Of a stretch of 62,712 bases of DNA, positions 42,618 through 52,452 are shown one piece after another. Positions within the stretch are counted from its first letter, which is position 1; each line of letters opens with the position of its first letter. This stretch comes from a virus (lineage: Duplodnaviria > Caudoviricetes). The position numbers were made by a program, and so were the translations under genes. Below the pieces are notes generated by a model. The model made no database searches, was not told the origin of the DNA, and saw only the letters and a program-made list of their open reading frames with translations. The stretch covers positions 1 through 62,712 of the IMG/VR virus record IMGVR_UViG_3300032236_000245; one strand, given 5' to 3'.

Positions 42618-45600
42618 CCTCCCCTATGGAATTTCTCTACAAGGCGGTCCTTCAACTTAGGCGGTAGCGTCACGCCATCTACTGCGTCTTCGGCTTTCTT
42701 CTGCCGGTTCATATAAGACTGCATGATGTTCTTAGGCATGATAGCGACTTCAGGATTCGCTTCGTTGAAGGCGTCGATTTCTTTTTGCACTTCCTCGCGC
42801 ATGTCATCGTTGCCAAGAACCTGCGCTCCGTACATCTGATCCATCAGCATCGACTTACGCTGCATAATCTTCTTAGCTTCTGCCGTCATCAACGACGCCC
42901 CCGCCCGTGCTTCAGTCACGTCGAGCGGAGCAAATCCCAACCCCTGCATCATTACGTTCCAAGCGTTCACGTTGTCTACAACCTTAGCGCCGTTTTTGTT
43001 TACTACCCCTTCCGTAGCGTATCTATATGCCTTGAGCGCATTACGCATGCCTGATGGCGTCATCGCCTCAAAGCCCTTCTCGTATTCACCCTGTGCAAAA
43101 AGTTGCATGGCGCGACCGGCTTGAACCATCGCTGAATACGCGGGACCCATCATATGCTCCATGGTGTAGAGCATCGGGCCGATTTCAGCTTCACGCTTCG
43201 GATCTTCCTTCCAAAGCATGTCACCCCATCCCGTACGACTGGAAATTTCTAAATTCGTCAGGTATCCCAAAGGCCCTTTATATGCCATGAGACCAATAGC
43301 GTTCTTCAGTTCTTCTTCGGCGTCGTAGGTCTCATCCTTGGTGCTAAACAACTGCGACGCCAACATTTCTCCCGCCCCAACTAATGGCATACCAGCAACG
43401 CCTGAGAACAGGAACGCCGTGCCGTACAACCCCAACAACTGTTTACGTGCAATCGCGCGAGTCTGAGCATTCTCGTCACGGAACGCTTCGTTAAACAGTC
43501 TCCCCATGATAAAGAATCGGTTCATCGCAAAGCGTTTGAACGTGAGAGCCACACGCGCAAATCCATTCTGCATATAGCGCGGCCCCGATTCTGCGAGGTT
43601 CGTACCATATGCACGGGTCACCATATCCATTGCCTTGCGCGAGGCTTCTTCGTGGTTGTCCCTACCCCCGGCAAGTTCATACGCCGCGATTAGCGTTGAC
43701 TCGCGGTTCAGGCGGTCGGCGCTTTCAAACATGAAATTCAGGCCGCGATTAACTTTAGCGAACGTGTTGTTGTAGTTCTCTAAAGAAGTATTCCTGAACT
43801 GCGACAACTCAGTACCGATGTGCCGCCCCATGACCCCGGCTTCGTTTGCGGCTTTGAACAGATCTTCGTACTCAGCCGGTATTTTACCCTTAACGCTAAA
43901 TTTGCCCATGGCTGCGGTCATTGCAGCGGACGTTTTATCGAACCCGTACTCGCCCCCCAATAGCGGATACACAACCATTGGCATGTGGGTAAAGTTAACG
44001 AACGCAGATGATGCGTTACCCGCCAGATACCACATGTAACTACCATACCCAAGCGTATTGACCAACTTGTTAAAGGTTGGCTTACGCATGAACGCAACCT
44101 GAGCCTCTACGTTACGGGCAGCAGAAGTGATGTTGTCGTCTGACTTGTGCAATTCAACTTGCTTACGCATGTTGTTCACTTCGTCTTCGACTTGTTGCGC
44201 GTACTTCAAATTCGTGAGGTTACGCGCCATCGCTGGTGCGAGGTTTGCAAAGGTCTGCAAAGTATCCCTGATCATACCGTGCCGGTTTTCACGTGAACGG
44301 TAACGCTGCATAGTCGCTGCGTTAGGCATGTAATTCAGGAAAGTCTCGTACACGTTGTCGAGCGTTTCTTCTGATACACCCTGCCGCGCCATCGCTTCCA
44401 AAACTTCACCCATCAATCCCGCCGGGACGCCTGTATTGTTACGTAGGTCACGGAGACGACGATAGGCTTCGGCATCGGAGCTAACAAGCTTCGCTTTACG
44501 CAAAGCCCGTTCTTGATCCATCTTCGTCTCATACGCTTGAGACACTCGGTTACCGTCCCTATCGGTATAGGTCACCCAGTAGTCGCCACGTCGAAAGAAC
44601 GGCATGTACACGCCAATACGACTGCTCGCAAACTTCGCCTTCATCTTTTGGGCAGCATCAGGCGACACCATCGACAAACAATACTGTTCAAATTCTTTAG
44701 ATTGGTTGTCGTAATACTCACGCATGCCGCGATAGATTTCAGCGAGCTGTGGATATCTTGCAGTGATCGCCCTGTATTGCGCGTACAACGGACTGCTGGT
44801 ATCGACGTCTTTACCGGAAGCCATTCCGTCTTCAAGTTCTACTTGATACAACGAACTGCGAATGGCGATGTCATGAAACTCGTTCATCACATCAGACGAA
44901 ATACCCTTTACGTCTGCCCACCACTTGAGCATCGTATCTTTAATGGCTTCCTGTCGCATGTTGCGTTCAGCACCGCGACGCCCCATCAACCTATCAAGTG
45001 CCTTAAACGCCGGAACCTTGTCGCCATAAAGTTGAGCCAGATGATCCAATGAAGAGAACCCGTGCGCCATGTCACGTACGACACCGGGGACTTCACTCAA
45101 CGCGGCCTTGATCCGATTGAACAACCCTGTTGTCGGCTCGGTGTAGTCATCTAACGGCTTACCAACATCATGAAGTTCTTCGGCGTCGGCTTCAGAATAG
45201 CGAACGTCTTTAGGAGGCGTGAAACGTTTTTCGACGCTCAGATTAAATTCTTCATTGTCCCCGTACTCTACGTTGAGTTTATGTACGGGCAAACCATGTT
45301 TGTCGTACTGCGATAGCACGTCGTTAGAAGATACGCGCCCCTCGTTTTTCCGAGATTCAATACGATCTAATTTACCGAATAGGCTATTTATTTCACCCCG
45401 TACGTCAGAAAGTTGACCACCTAAATCGCCCCACTTTTCAACAAACCCACGACGCCCTTTAACTTCTCTTGAGTAAACTAACTTATCAACGTCGGTTTCG
45501 CTAAGACCCAGTTTATTGAGGATAGCATTTCGACGTTTTTCTAACTCAGAGTACTTATCTCCCAAGTCAGCGTACTCTTCTTCTTTTGTTTTGGCATGTT

Positions 45601-48600
45601 CATAAGGTGCAGTGTCTTTAAGAATAGCAATCGGTTTAGGGTTACCCTCACCAACAAGCTCATCGCTTTGATAGCCTTTCTTACTAAGCGAACTACCCGC
45701 ACGCTCAAATACAAGAACTGTACCGCCTTCTCCGGAGAATGCTTGCCCTCTCGTACCGCTAACGTTAGTTCCTTTACGCAACCCGTTTTTAACGATATCT
45801 GCAATATCAGAATCGTTACGGACAGCGTGATAAAAATACTTGGAGTCGTCTAAGAGGCTACCTTTAGCCTCCGTACCAAGCTCCCCCAAGCCATGCTCAC
45901 CCTCCCCTTCTTTAGCTAATCCACGAGCAGCCGCCATAGCCATCTCACGGAGATCATGCTCATTGAGTTTGAAGTTAGTACCTAACCATTGGTTAGCGAA
46001 CTTACGAACAGCCATCAAGATACGCTGCACGAGTGCAGGGGCTTTCGTGTGTTCCACAAGGTAGGCAAGGGCTTCTGACTTAATGCGTTCTGCGCGGTTG
46101 GGAGTACCCTCAGGGATCTTACTTTGTGCGCGTTCCCACGCTTGCATGAATGCCGGAGACTTCTTGTTTAGCTGAGCCTCAAAGTCCGCTAGGATTTTCT
46201 GATACTCATGCGGAGGTAGCATATCTTCAAGTCCGATATGCGCTCCAACCTCATGAAGTAGAACACCCATTATGTGTTCTTCGCCTACGTTACCGGCAAC
46301 GATAAACGCTTTTGCGTCTTTACCACGTCCGAATACCGCGCCACGCTTGTTAGGATCGTGCGGCTTACCATCTGCACGAGGCGGCAACTCATCAACGTTA
46401 TCGACAATCGTTAACTTGCCGGACTTCAGCAATCCACCAAGACCGCTTTTCTTAATCGCGGCTTCAGCAGCCTCAACTGAAGACGAACCAAGTTTGCCGA
46501 CCGCCTCACGATCTTCTTCGCTTTCGTTAGCATTCTTTTTTAGTTCGGCCTTACGCTTCTCAACTTCAGCCGCTGCTTCTTCAGCCGCGTTTTTAGGTGC
46601 TGCTTTTTCGACTTTAGATGGTGGATACCGTTTACGAAATGCCGCTTCTAACTTAGCCCGAGTAAGGACGTGGGGTATATTTTCTTCAATTTGAGCCTCA
46701 GTAGCCCCGTAATTCATATTCGCAAGGGCTTTACGAAGCCGATTCAGAAGAATGCGATCTTCACTCTTATCGCCAGACAATCCATCAGGATTCGTCCTAG
46801 AATTCTCTTCGATCTCGCCTAATAGCTTATCGCGTTCTTGACGACCCTCTTCGCGAATCTTCTCCCCTGCTTTGTCGGCTGTCTTAGTGATGTACCGATC
46901 TTCATATGCTTTAGTCACGTCATGGTGAGCGTTTACAAGTTCCTGATAAAGTTCAGGATCCAACTCACTGATGCGGTCAGGCAGTAACTCAAACGCTTTT
47001 TTAACTTTAACGTACAGCGCAGAATCATTCTGGTGCGTGCCAGACATGCCGTCTTCGCTACCCTCCTTCTTATTGTTTAGCAGGACATCGCGAGCATTAC
47101 GAAGAACATTTACTGAAGGGTCTTCTTCTAATATCTGTCGGCGGGCGTCTTTTGCACGTTGTGTGGCTTCTTTTTCTGCTTTTTTTATAGCCGCGTCGCG
47201 ATTGCGTTCACGCCGCATCTTATCTTCTAGTTCAATAGCCGCTTGGTCTTCGCCGGTATGTACAACTTGCTCACCGGTAGGCGTGTACGAGTACACCTTC
47301 TTGATACGCGGCGTTAGTGTAAGCGTGCTTTTGCCTTCTCCTCCAGCAGACTCTGTAGCATTAGGTTCAGCACTCCCCACTCCAGTAGGCTGAGTCGCTT
47401 CAATGCCACTAGGCGCGGCGGCTCGTTCTTGTACAGGCACTCCAGCGCCTTCTCCAACTGCCGTCTGGTCAACTTCTCCAGTCGGTTTTCCTTCGGTAGG
47501 AGCATTAGGTGGGACCTCAGTAGGTTTAGCCGCAGCCCGTTCAGCAATTTTTCGTTGCACGAAATCAGACGCGGGTTTAGGTGCTTTAGGCGTCTTGGCC
47601 TCAGCCGCTTTAGCTTCAGGCGCACTAGTCAGTTTAGTAGTCAGTCTTCGACGATTAGCCGAATCCGGTTTGGTAACTAACCCTTCGCGTTCCATCTTAT
47701 CGAGCAGCATGACTGCTACATGCGTCTCAACGCCCGTAGCGTCTCTAATGGTTTTAACCGTAGCCGAACCGGATTCTCGCACTGCTTGAATGGCGCGCAG
47801 ATAGACCGGGGGCTGCTCAGGTCCGGGGGATTCAGGTGGCTTCGGTGGGCCAACCGTTTCCATGTTCCTTTTGTATCCAGCCAAATCCTGATCAGACAAC
47901 TGCGTCTGAGATACTTCACCTTCAGGAGTGCCATACATGACATCTGGGCGAACCGTCTCAGTTTTTTGAGACGGGCGCGGCTTTGGTGGGCCAACAAACT
48001 CAGGAGGTTTTGGCGGACTTGCCATCTCCATAGTATTTCTGAAAGCCGCTAAGTCTTCAGGCGACAAAGGCGTTTGAGATATATCGCCTTCAGGAGTGCC
48101 ATACATGACATCTGGACGCAAAGTCGGCGTCTTCTGAGAAGGGCGCGGCTTTGGTGGACCGACAAACTCAGGTGGCGCAGGGGGCTTAGGAGGACCCATT
48201 TGCGAAGCGGCTTGTGCTTGTTGATCTTCAGCCGCTTTACGTCCCGCATAATCAGACGACGATTCAGGCGATGTGAACACATCCCCTTGCGCGGTACCGT
48301 ACATAACGTCCGGGGTTTGAGGGCGCATTCCACGAGGCTTCAATGGACCCATGAAGCCCTTGCCGTGTATTCTTTCCCACTCAGCCTGATCGTTTAGATC
48401 GTAATCACGATGCGGCATCTGGGGACCGACAAACTCAGGTGGCTTTGGTGGCCCCATGAAGTTGTAGTCATCCGGTTTCGGTGGACCCATGAAGTCGTAG
48501 TCCTTCGGCTTCGGAGGACCCATCGACTTGATTTCGTTACGCTTACGAATTGCTTCCGCACGATCCGACATACCACCGATGACACCCATGGGCGACATCA

Positions 48601-49468
48601 ATGCTGCCGTGTACATGGCTTGGCCGTACTCAGCAGCGGCGTCATCATCAGTCAATGACTTACCCGTTTGAGCGCGTTGCAACGCCGCTTGTGCAACTTG
48701 AATCGGCACCTGCTCCATCAGGTTGACCTTCACGCCACGCATTGCAGCCCTGAGATAATTTTTCGCAATCTCATCTGCTGCTGTGTTCTGCCCCATCCGT
48801 AATAATTTGGCTACTTCAGGCCCGAACATAGATGTGACGGCTCTACCGCCCAACGGCAAAATTTGCGCTGCTACGTCTAACGGAGCTTGTACCGCAGCGG
48901 TCCCCGCTGCCCTACCGACATCAATATCAATCGGCTTGCCTTCGGCTTCTTGCGTCGCCGCCTGAGCCGTAACGTTGCTTGCCAAACGAGGTGCATATGC
49001 ACCGGCCAAAGCACCGAGGCCGCGTCCCGCCATTTGTGCGCCGCGTAACGCCGCGCCACCAGCACCGCCGGTCAACGCCATCGTACCCATGAGCGGCAAG
49101 TTCTCAGCAATCGCGCCGACGCTCTGCCGACCTAGTTCAGACAAACCAGATCCAATGCCCGTATCAAATGCTTCGCCTAGACGATGGATATCTGTAGACG
49201 GGGCGTATTCCTCATCAAGCGCACGTTGACGCTCAAGTGAACGCTTACCCGCCTCGTTAGCGCCATATCGACCCATCTCATAGAGGGTTCGCACATCTCC
49301 GGTAAGACTCTTAAGCCCACGGGTAAACGACGCGCCTACGCCTGATTTAGGCGTACCCCGAAACATGTCAGGGTTAGCTTTACTGATTCTCCGAATCGCC
49401 TCTTCCATAGAGACGTTATCCGGCACCATCGTGTAAGACCCATTAGGTAGGTCGAGTCTGTACGGCAT
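42614..49468 (-). CDS. Large internal virion/ejection polyvalent protein
   Basis: 2284 aa, last gene of the virion operon; Pro repeats, FtsK-gamma-like wHTH, HEVGAH peptidase motif, ART-like segment, helical C-terminus. Confidence 0.85.
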   Translation of the reverse strand: MPYRLDLPNGSYTMVPDNVSMEEAIRRISKANPDMFRGTPKSGVGASFTRGLKSLTGDVRTLYEMGRYGANEAGKRSLERQRALDEEYAPSTDIHRLGEAFDTGIGSGLSELGRQSVGAIAENLPLMGTMALTGGAGGAALRGAQMAGRGLGALAGAYAPRLASNVTAQAATQEAEGKPIDIDVGRAAGTAAVQAPLDVAAQILPLGGRAVTSMFGPEVAKLLRMGQNTAADEIAKNYLRAAMRGVKVNLMEQVPIQVAQAALQRAQTGKSLTDDDAAAEYGQAMYTAALMSPMGVIGGMSDRAEAIRKRNEIKSMGPPKPKDYDFMGPPKPDDYNFMGPPKPPEFVGPQMPHRDYDLNDQAEWERIHGKGFMGPLKPRGMRPQTPDVMYGTAQGDVFTSPESSSDYAGRKAAEDQQAQAASQMGPPKPPAPPEFVGPPKPRPSQKTPTLRPDVMYGTPEGDISQTPLSPEDLAAFRNTMEMASPPKPPEFVGPPKPRPSQKTETVRPDVMYGTPEGEVSQTQLSDQDLAGYKRNMETVGPPKPPESPGPEQPPVYLRAIQAVRESGSATVKTIRDATGVETHVAVMLLDKMEREGLVTKPDSANRRRLTTKLTSAPEAKAAEAKTPKAPKPASDFVQRKIAERAAAKPTEVPPNAPTEGKPTGEVDQTAVGEGAGVPVQERAAAPSGIEATQPTGVGSAEPNATESAGGEGKSTLTLTPRIKKVYSYTPTGEQVVHTGEDQAAIELEDKMRRERNRDAAIKKAEKEATQRAKDARRQILEEDPSVNVLRNARDVLLNNKKEGSEDGMSGTHQNDSALYVKVKKAFELLPDRISELDPELYQELVNAHHDVTKAYEDRYITKTADKAGEKIREEGRQERDKLLGEIEENSRTNPDGLSGDKSEDRILLNRLRKALANMNYGATEAQIEENIPHVLTRAKLEAAFRKRYPPSKVEKAAPKNAAEEAAAEVEKRKAELKKNANESEEDREAVGKLGSSSVEAAEAAIKKSGLGGLLKSGKLTIVDNVDELPPRADGKPHDPNKRGAVFGRGKDAKAFIVAGNVGEEHIMGVLLHEVGAHIGLEDMLPPHEYQKILADFEAQLNKKSPAFMQAWERAQSKIPEGTPNRAERIKSEALAYLVEHTKAPALVQRILMAVRKFANQWLGTNFKLNEHDLREMAMAAARGLAKEGEGEHGLGELGTEAKGSLLDDSKYFYHAVRNDSDIADIVKNGLRKGTNVSGTRGQAFSGEGGTVLVFERAGSSLSKKGYQSDELVGEGNPKPIAILKDTAPYEHAKTKEEEYADLGDKYSELEKRRNAILNKLGLSETDVDKLVYSREVKGRRGFVEKWGDLGGQLSDVRGEINSLFGKLDRIESRKNEGRVSSNDVLSQYDKHGLPVHKLNVEYGDNEEFNLSVEKRFTPPKDVRYSEADAEELHDVGKPLDDYTEPTTGLFNRIKAALSEVPGVVRDMAHGFSSLDHLAQLYGDKVPAFKALDRLMGRRGAERNMRQEAIKDTMLKWWADVKGISSDVMNEFHDIAIRSSLYQVELEDGMASGKDVDTSSPLYAQYRAITARYPQLAEIYRGMREYYDNQSKEFEQYCLSMVSPDAAQKMKAKFASSRIGVYMPFFRRGDYWVTYTDRDGNRVSQAYETKMDQERALRKAKLVSSDAEAYRRLRDLRNNTGVPAGLMGEVLEAMARQGVSEETLDNVYETFLNYMPNAATMQRYRSRENRHGMIRDTLQTFANLAPAMARNLTNLKYAQQVEDEVNNMRKQVELHKSDDNITSAARNVEAQVAFMRKPTFNKLVNTLGYGSYMWYLAGNASSAFVNFTHMPMVVYPLLGGEYGFDKTSAAMTAAMGKFSVKGKIPAEYEDLFKAANEAGVMGRHIGTELSQFRNTSLENYNNTFAKVNRGLNFMFESADRLNRESTLIAAYELAGGRDNHEEASRKAMDMVTRAYGTNLAESGPRYMQNGFARVALTFKRFAMNRFFIMGRLFNEAFRDENAQTRAIARKQLLGLYGTAFLFSGVAGMPLVGAGEMLASQLFSTKDETYDAEEELKNAIGLMAYKGPLGYLTNLEISSRTGWGDMLWKEDPKREAEIGPMLYTMEHMMGPAYSAMVQAGRAMQLFAQGEYEKGFEAMTPSGMRNALKAYRYATEGVVNKNGAKVVDNVNAWNVMMQGLGFAPLDVTEARAGASLMTAEAKKIMQRKSMLMDQMYGAQVLGNDDMREEVQKEIDAFNEANPEVAIMPKNIMQSYMNRQKKAEDAVDGVTLPPKLKDRLVEKFHRGG

Positions 49469-49477
49469 GATTCGTCC

Positions 49478-51160
49478 TTAACGAGTAGGGCCTTGGGTAA
49501 GCTGATCAAACGATACCGGAGTACCCGGACTACCTGCGCCTAGTATCCTATTTTGCTCACGTTGCATGATTGCCCATGCAGCTTGCTTCTCAGGTCCTGT
49601 AGCCGTTTTACTATCATAAATTCGTTCGGCTTGGATATACGCAGGGGACTTATCTACTTCAGTCAGTCGTTTAGTACCCGCGCCGATCTGTGCGCTCAAT
49701 ACCTGAGGCGTCAGACCCTGAAGGTTACCGAGCAATCCTGCTAGTCCTTCATACCCTTCTTTATCATGCGCCGCATATGCCCTAATCATCGCACCCTGAA
49801 CACGATTGATTTGCGCGTCCTTACCCATTACCGCACGAAGATAAGCTGTGCTGTCTTTATGTGTCATGTAGTCACGAGCAAGTCCAACGCCAAGCGTTGT
49901 TAGATCCTTCATTGCAGCATTACGTTCACGGACTTGACTGCCGTGTTCAATTTCAGCCGTACGAAGATCCGCTTTGTCCTCAGACAACAACGCACGGATA
50001 CCGTCCATCTTGGACTTATCAATGTTCTCTTGTGCGTTAAAAATATTATTTTGTATTGCGGCGGCTCGCTGTGCGTAGTCACCGCCACTTAGCCCAAGAC
50101 CACCGAACACACCACCTGCTGCACGAGTGCCTTTAGACATGATGTCAAACCCAAGCTGAGCTAAATTCATGCGCTTGCTGAATTTTTCCATTTGCTCAAG
50201 CGTACCGGACTTTTTATCTTGCTTATCTATCCAGTCATAAGCCATCTTCTGTAACTTGGGATTCGCGCCTTGCAACCGTAAGAAAATATCTTTGGTATCT
50301 TCAACAGGCGTAGCGGGAAACCTAGAGACAATTTCTTTCCATGCCTTGTTATTAGCAAGATCAAAATCGTCAATGTTAGGGCTACCACCATTTCGCCCTC
50401 CACCTTGTAAGTCGGCTAAATCACCTGAACCAAAGTACTTAGTGTAGTCAACTGGTGGAGGCTGCGGAGGCTGTGCAGGACCCGTCGGACCCGCAGGAGG
50501 TGTCGCAGTGGTAGGAGTTGGTTTGATTTGTGGTAAATTGTACTGAGTCAAAATTGAATTCGCACTGGCTTGCTGCGCCGCGGCGGCTTTTGCTGCGGCG
50601 GCTTTTTCTCTCAGTGCTAGCAACTGATTGTATCTAGGAGAAGCAGAAGCCCACGCATCGCGCACATTCTGTGGAACACGTGGCGTAAGCATACCTCCCG
50701 GCACATCACCGAAAGGTTGAGGCAGTGGGTTAGCAAGTTTAGCCAACTTCTCGTACTGCGCGAGTTCGGTGTCCATATCAGGTGTCCAAGCAGTATCGCT
50801 CTTTACCTGACTTCCGTCCGGACCAGCGAACGCCACGATGCCACCTTCAGCATATGCGCTCTCAGAGCCTATGTTATGCACAGGTAAAGCACCAACGCCT
50901 TGGTTGATTTCACCTGAAACGGCTTTATTAAGTTGTGAGCGAATAGAATTTTCGTCAACTGGCTTGATGGGCTGCGATTCCTTAAACCGCTTATATTCCA
51001 TCGCCAACTGAGCAAAAGGGACCATACCGTGCGATTCTGATTGCAAGGCCATATGCGCTTGTTCAGCGTTGCCTTTATGTTCTTGCAATAACTGATCGAA
51101 CCGTCTGGCGGCGGCGGCAGCATCAATGAGATGCGGATCGGTTGATGTAATACCTTGCAT
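49478..51160 (-). CDS. Internal virion protein
   Basis: 560 aa, YAEGGIVAFA motif; synteny. Confidence 0.7.
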   Translation of the reverse strand: MQGITSTDPHLIDAAAAARRFDQLLQEHKGNAEQAHMALQSESHGMVPFAQLAMEYKRFKESQPIKPVDENSIRSQLNKAVSGEINQGVGALPVHNIGSESAYAEGGIVAFAGPDGSQVKSDTAWTPDMDTELAQYEKLAKLANPLPQPFGDVPGGMLTPRVPQNVRDAWASASPRYNQLLALREKAAAAKAAAAQQASANSILTQYNLPQIKPTPTTATPPAGPTGPAQPPQPPPVDYTKYFGSGDLADLQGGGRNGGSPNIDDFDLANNKAWKEIVSRFPATPVEDTKDIFLRLQGANPKLQKMAYDWIDKQDKKSGTLEQMEKFSKRMNLAQLGFDIMSKGTRAAGGVFGGLGLSGGDYAQRAAAIQNNIFNAQENIDKSKMDGIRALLSEDKADLRTAEIEHGSQVRERNAAMKDLTTLGVGLARDYMTHKDSTAYLRAVMGKDAQINRVQGAMIRAYAAHDKEGYEGLAGLLGNLQGLTPQVLSAQIGAGTKRLTEVDKSPAYIQAERIYDSKTATGPEKQAAWAIMQREQNRILGAGSPGTPVSFDQLTQGPTR

Positions 51161-51163
51161 AAC

Positions 51164-52012
51164 TTATCCAAATACTCCGAAGAGGCTACCAAGGCCAAGG
51201 CCCATACCCGCAACTTGTGCAGCGGCTGTTGGCGGCGATTGATACAACGAAGCCTGACTTTGTGTCGTTGGCGTACCACGGATCAAACTGGACATGAACC
51301 CGAGTTGTGAGTACGGGTAGTTTTGTTGATTCAGGAAGTTTTGGTATCCAGTGTTCAATGCAGTTTGTTGCTGTTGCTGTTGCAACGCACCGGCCCCAAG
51401 AAGCGCGGTATTAATACCGGCTACCTGTTGGAACTGCTGTTGACCCAAGTTGCCAAGTGCATTAGCACCGGTAAAAAGATTTTGGTTCTGTTGATTGAAC
51501 TGCTGTCGTGCGTTGTCGTATGCGCTCTGAAGCCCCGTTGCCTCAATACCCGTCAGACTGTTCTGAAGGTTTCGGTTGGCTTCCGACTGCATAAGCGCCG
51601 AACGTGTACCGCCAAGACCGCCGACCGCCGCCGCCTGAGAACCCAATCCCGGTAGGCTGCGACCGTAGTCACGGATGGCAGATTGCTTCTGCTGCTCTAT
51701 GACGTTATTCACGTAAGGCGACATGTAGTCCTGAACGTTCTGTCCAGTGAACTGATTTGTCGCACCCATCCCGGCCATACCCGCTGCCTGATTGGTCAGT
51801 GCAGAAGGCTGAAGACCTTGGATGTTTTGAAACGCCTGATTCTGTAACGGGCTGAAGTCAGCCTGTTGCTGTCCCGTATATCCCTGATACGGAGTATTGG
51901 TGAGGGCCGTTGCCTTGCCTAATACCTGAGTGGCATACGGCATTAACTCCGGTGGAATGGAGTTATTGTAGTTAGTGCTTGTAGTAGGTCCGCCGCCGCC
52001 ACCGCCACTCAT
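51164..52012 (-). CDS. Internal virion (DNA pilot/ejection-like) protein
   Basis: 282 aa, Q/G-rich, YMSPY..V, YQNFLNQQNYPY. Confidence 0.75.
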   Translation of the reverse strand: MSGGGGGGPTTSTNYNNSIPPELMPYATQVLGKATALTNTPYQGYTGQQQADFSPLQNQAFQNIQGLQPSALTNQAAGMAGMGATNQFTGQNVQDYMSPYVNNVIEQQKQSAIRDYGRSLPGLGSQAAAVGGLGGTRSALMQSEANRNLQNSLTGIEATGLQSAYDNARQQFNQQNQNLFTGANALGNLGQQQFQQVAGINTALLGAGALQQQQQQTALNTGYQNFLNQQNYPYSQLGFMSSLIRGTPTTQSQASLYQSPPTAAAQVAGMGLGLGSLFGVFG

Positions 52013-52452
52013 GAATGCACCTCATTGAAATACTTTTCGTATACAACAGTCTGTACTGTGTATCCACGTTTTTTGACGTGCGATCCCCAACCGGGGCGAC
52101 CAAAGAACTCAATCCCGGCACAATCAGCCGAGCGAGCGAATTGTTCTAATGCGATATACATTTTATCCTCCACATGCTTCATGTGGTTAGGTTCACCCGC
52201 ACAGTACTGCGCTACGAGCATCTTGCACTGTGGATAATCTTTGACTTCGGTGATGACATAGCCGTACCCGCGAAGGGACTCCGCATCGTACACCAACCAC
52301 AACTGCATCCGTCCAGTAAACAAAAAATCTAGGATGTCTTCAGCAGTCGCTCGACCACGAGTCCACATCTCGGACTTAAGTAAATACCCGTACATCCCGT
52401 TAAGCGCATCGGACAGCATGCTCGGCGGAATGTATGAGATTTCTAAGTTCAT
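52009..52452 (-). CDS. GNAT-like protein of the ejection module
   Basis: 147 aa, QLWLV..ITEVKDYP..GRPGW. Confidence 0.6.
   Translation of the reverse strand: MNLEISYIPPSMLSDALNGMYGYLLKSEMWTRGRATAEDILDFLFTGRMQLWLVYDAESLRGYGYVITEVKDYPQCKMLVAQYCAGEPNHMKHVEDKMYIALEQFARSADCAGIEFFGRPGWGSHVKKRGYTVQTVVYEKYFNEVHS

Noticed and set aside
44284-44299. Third parS-like site (TTCACGTGAA core)
   Set aside because: Only the 10-bp core is palindromic, the flanks do not fit, and it lies within a CDS
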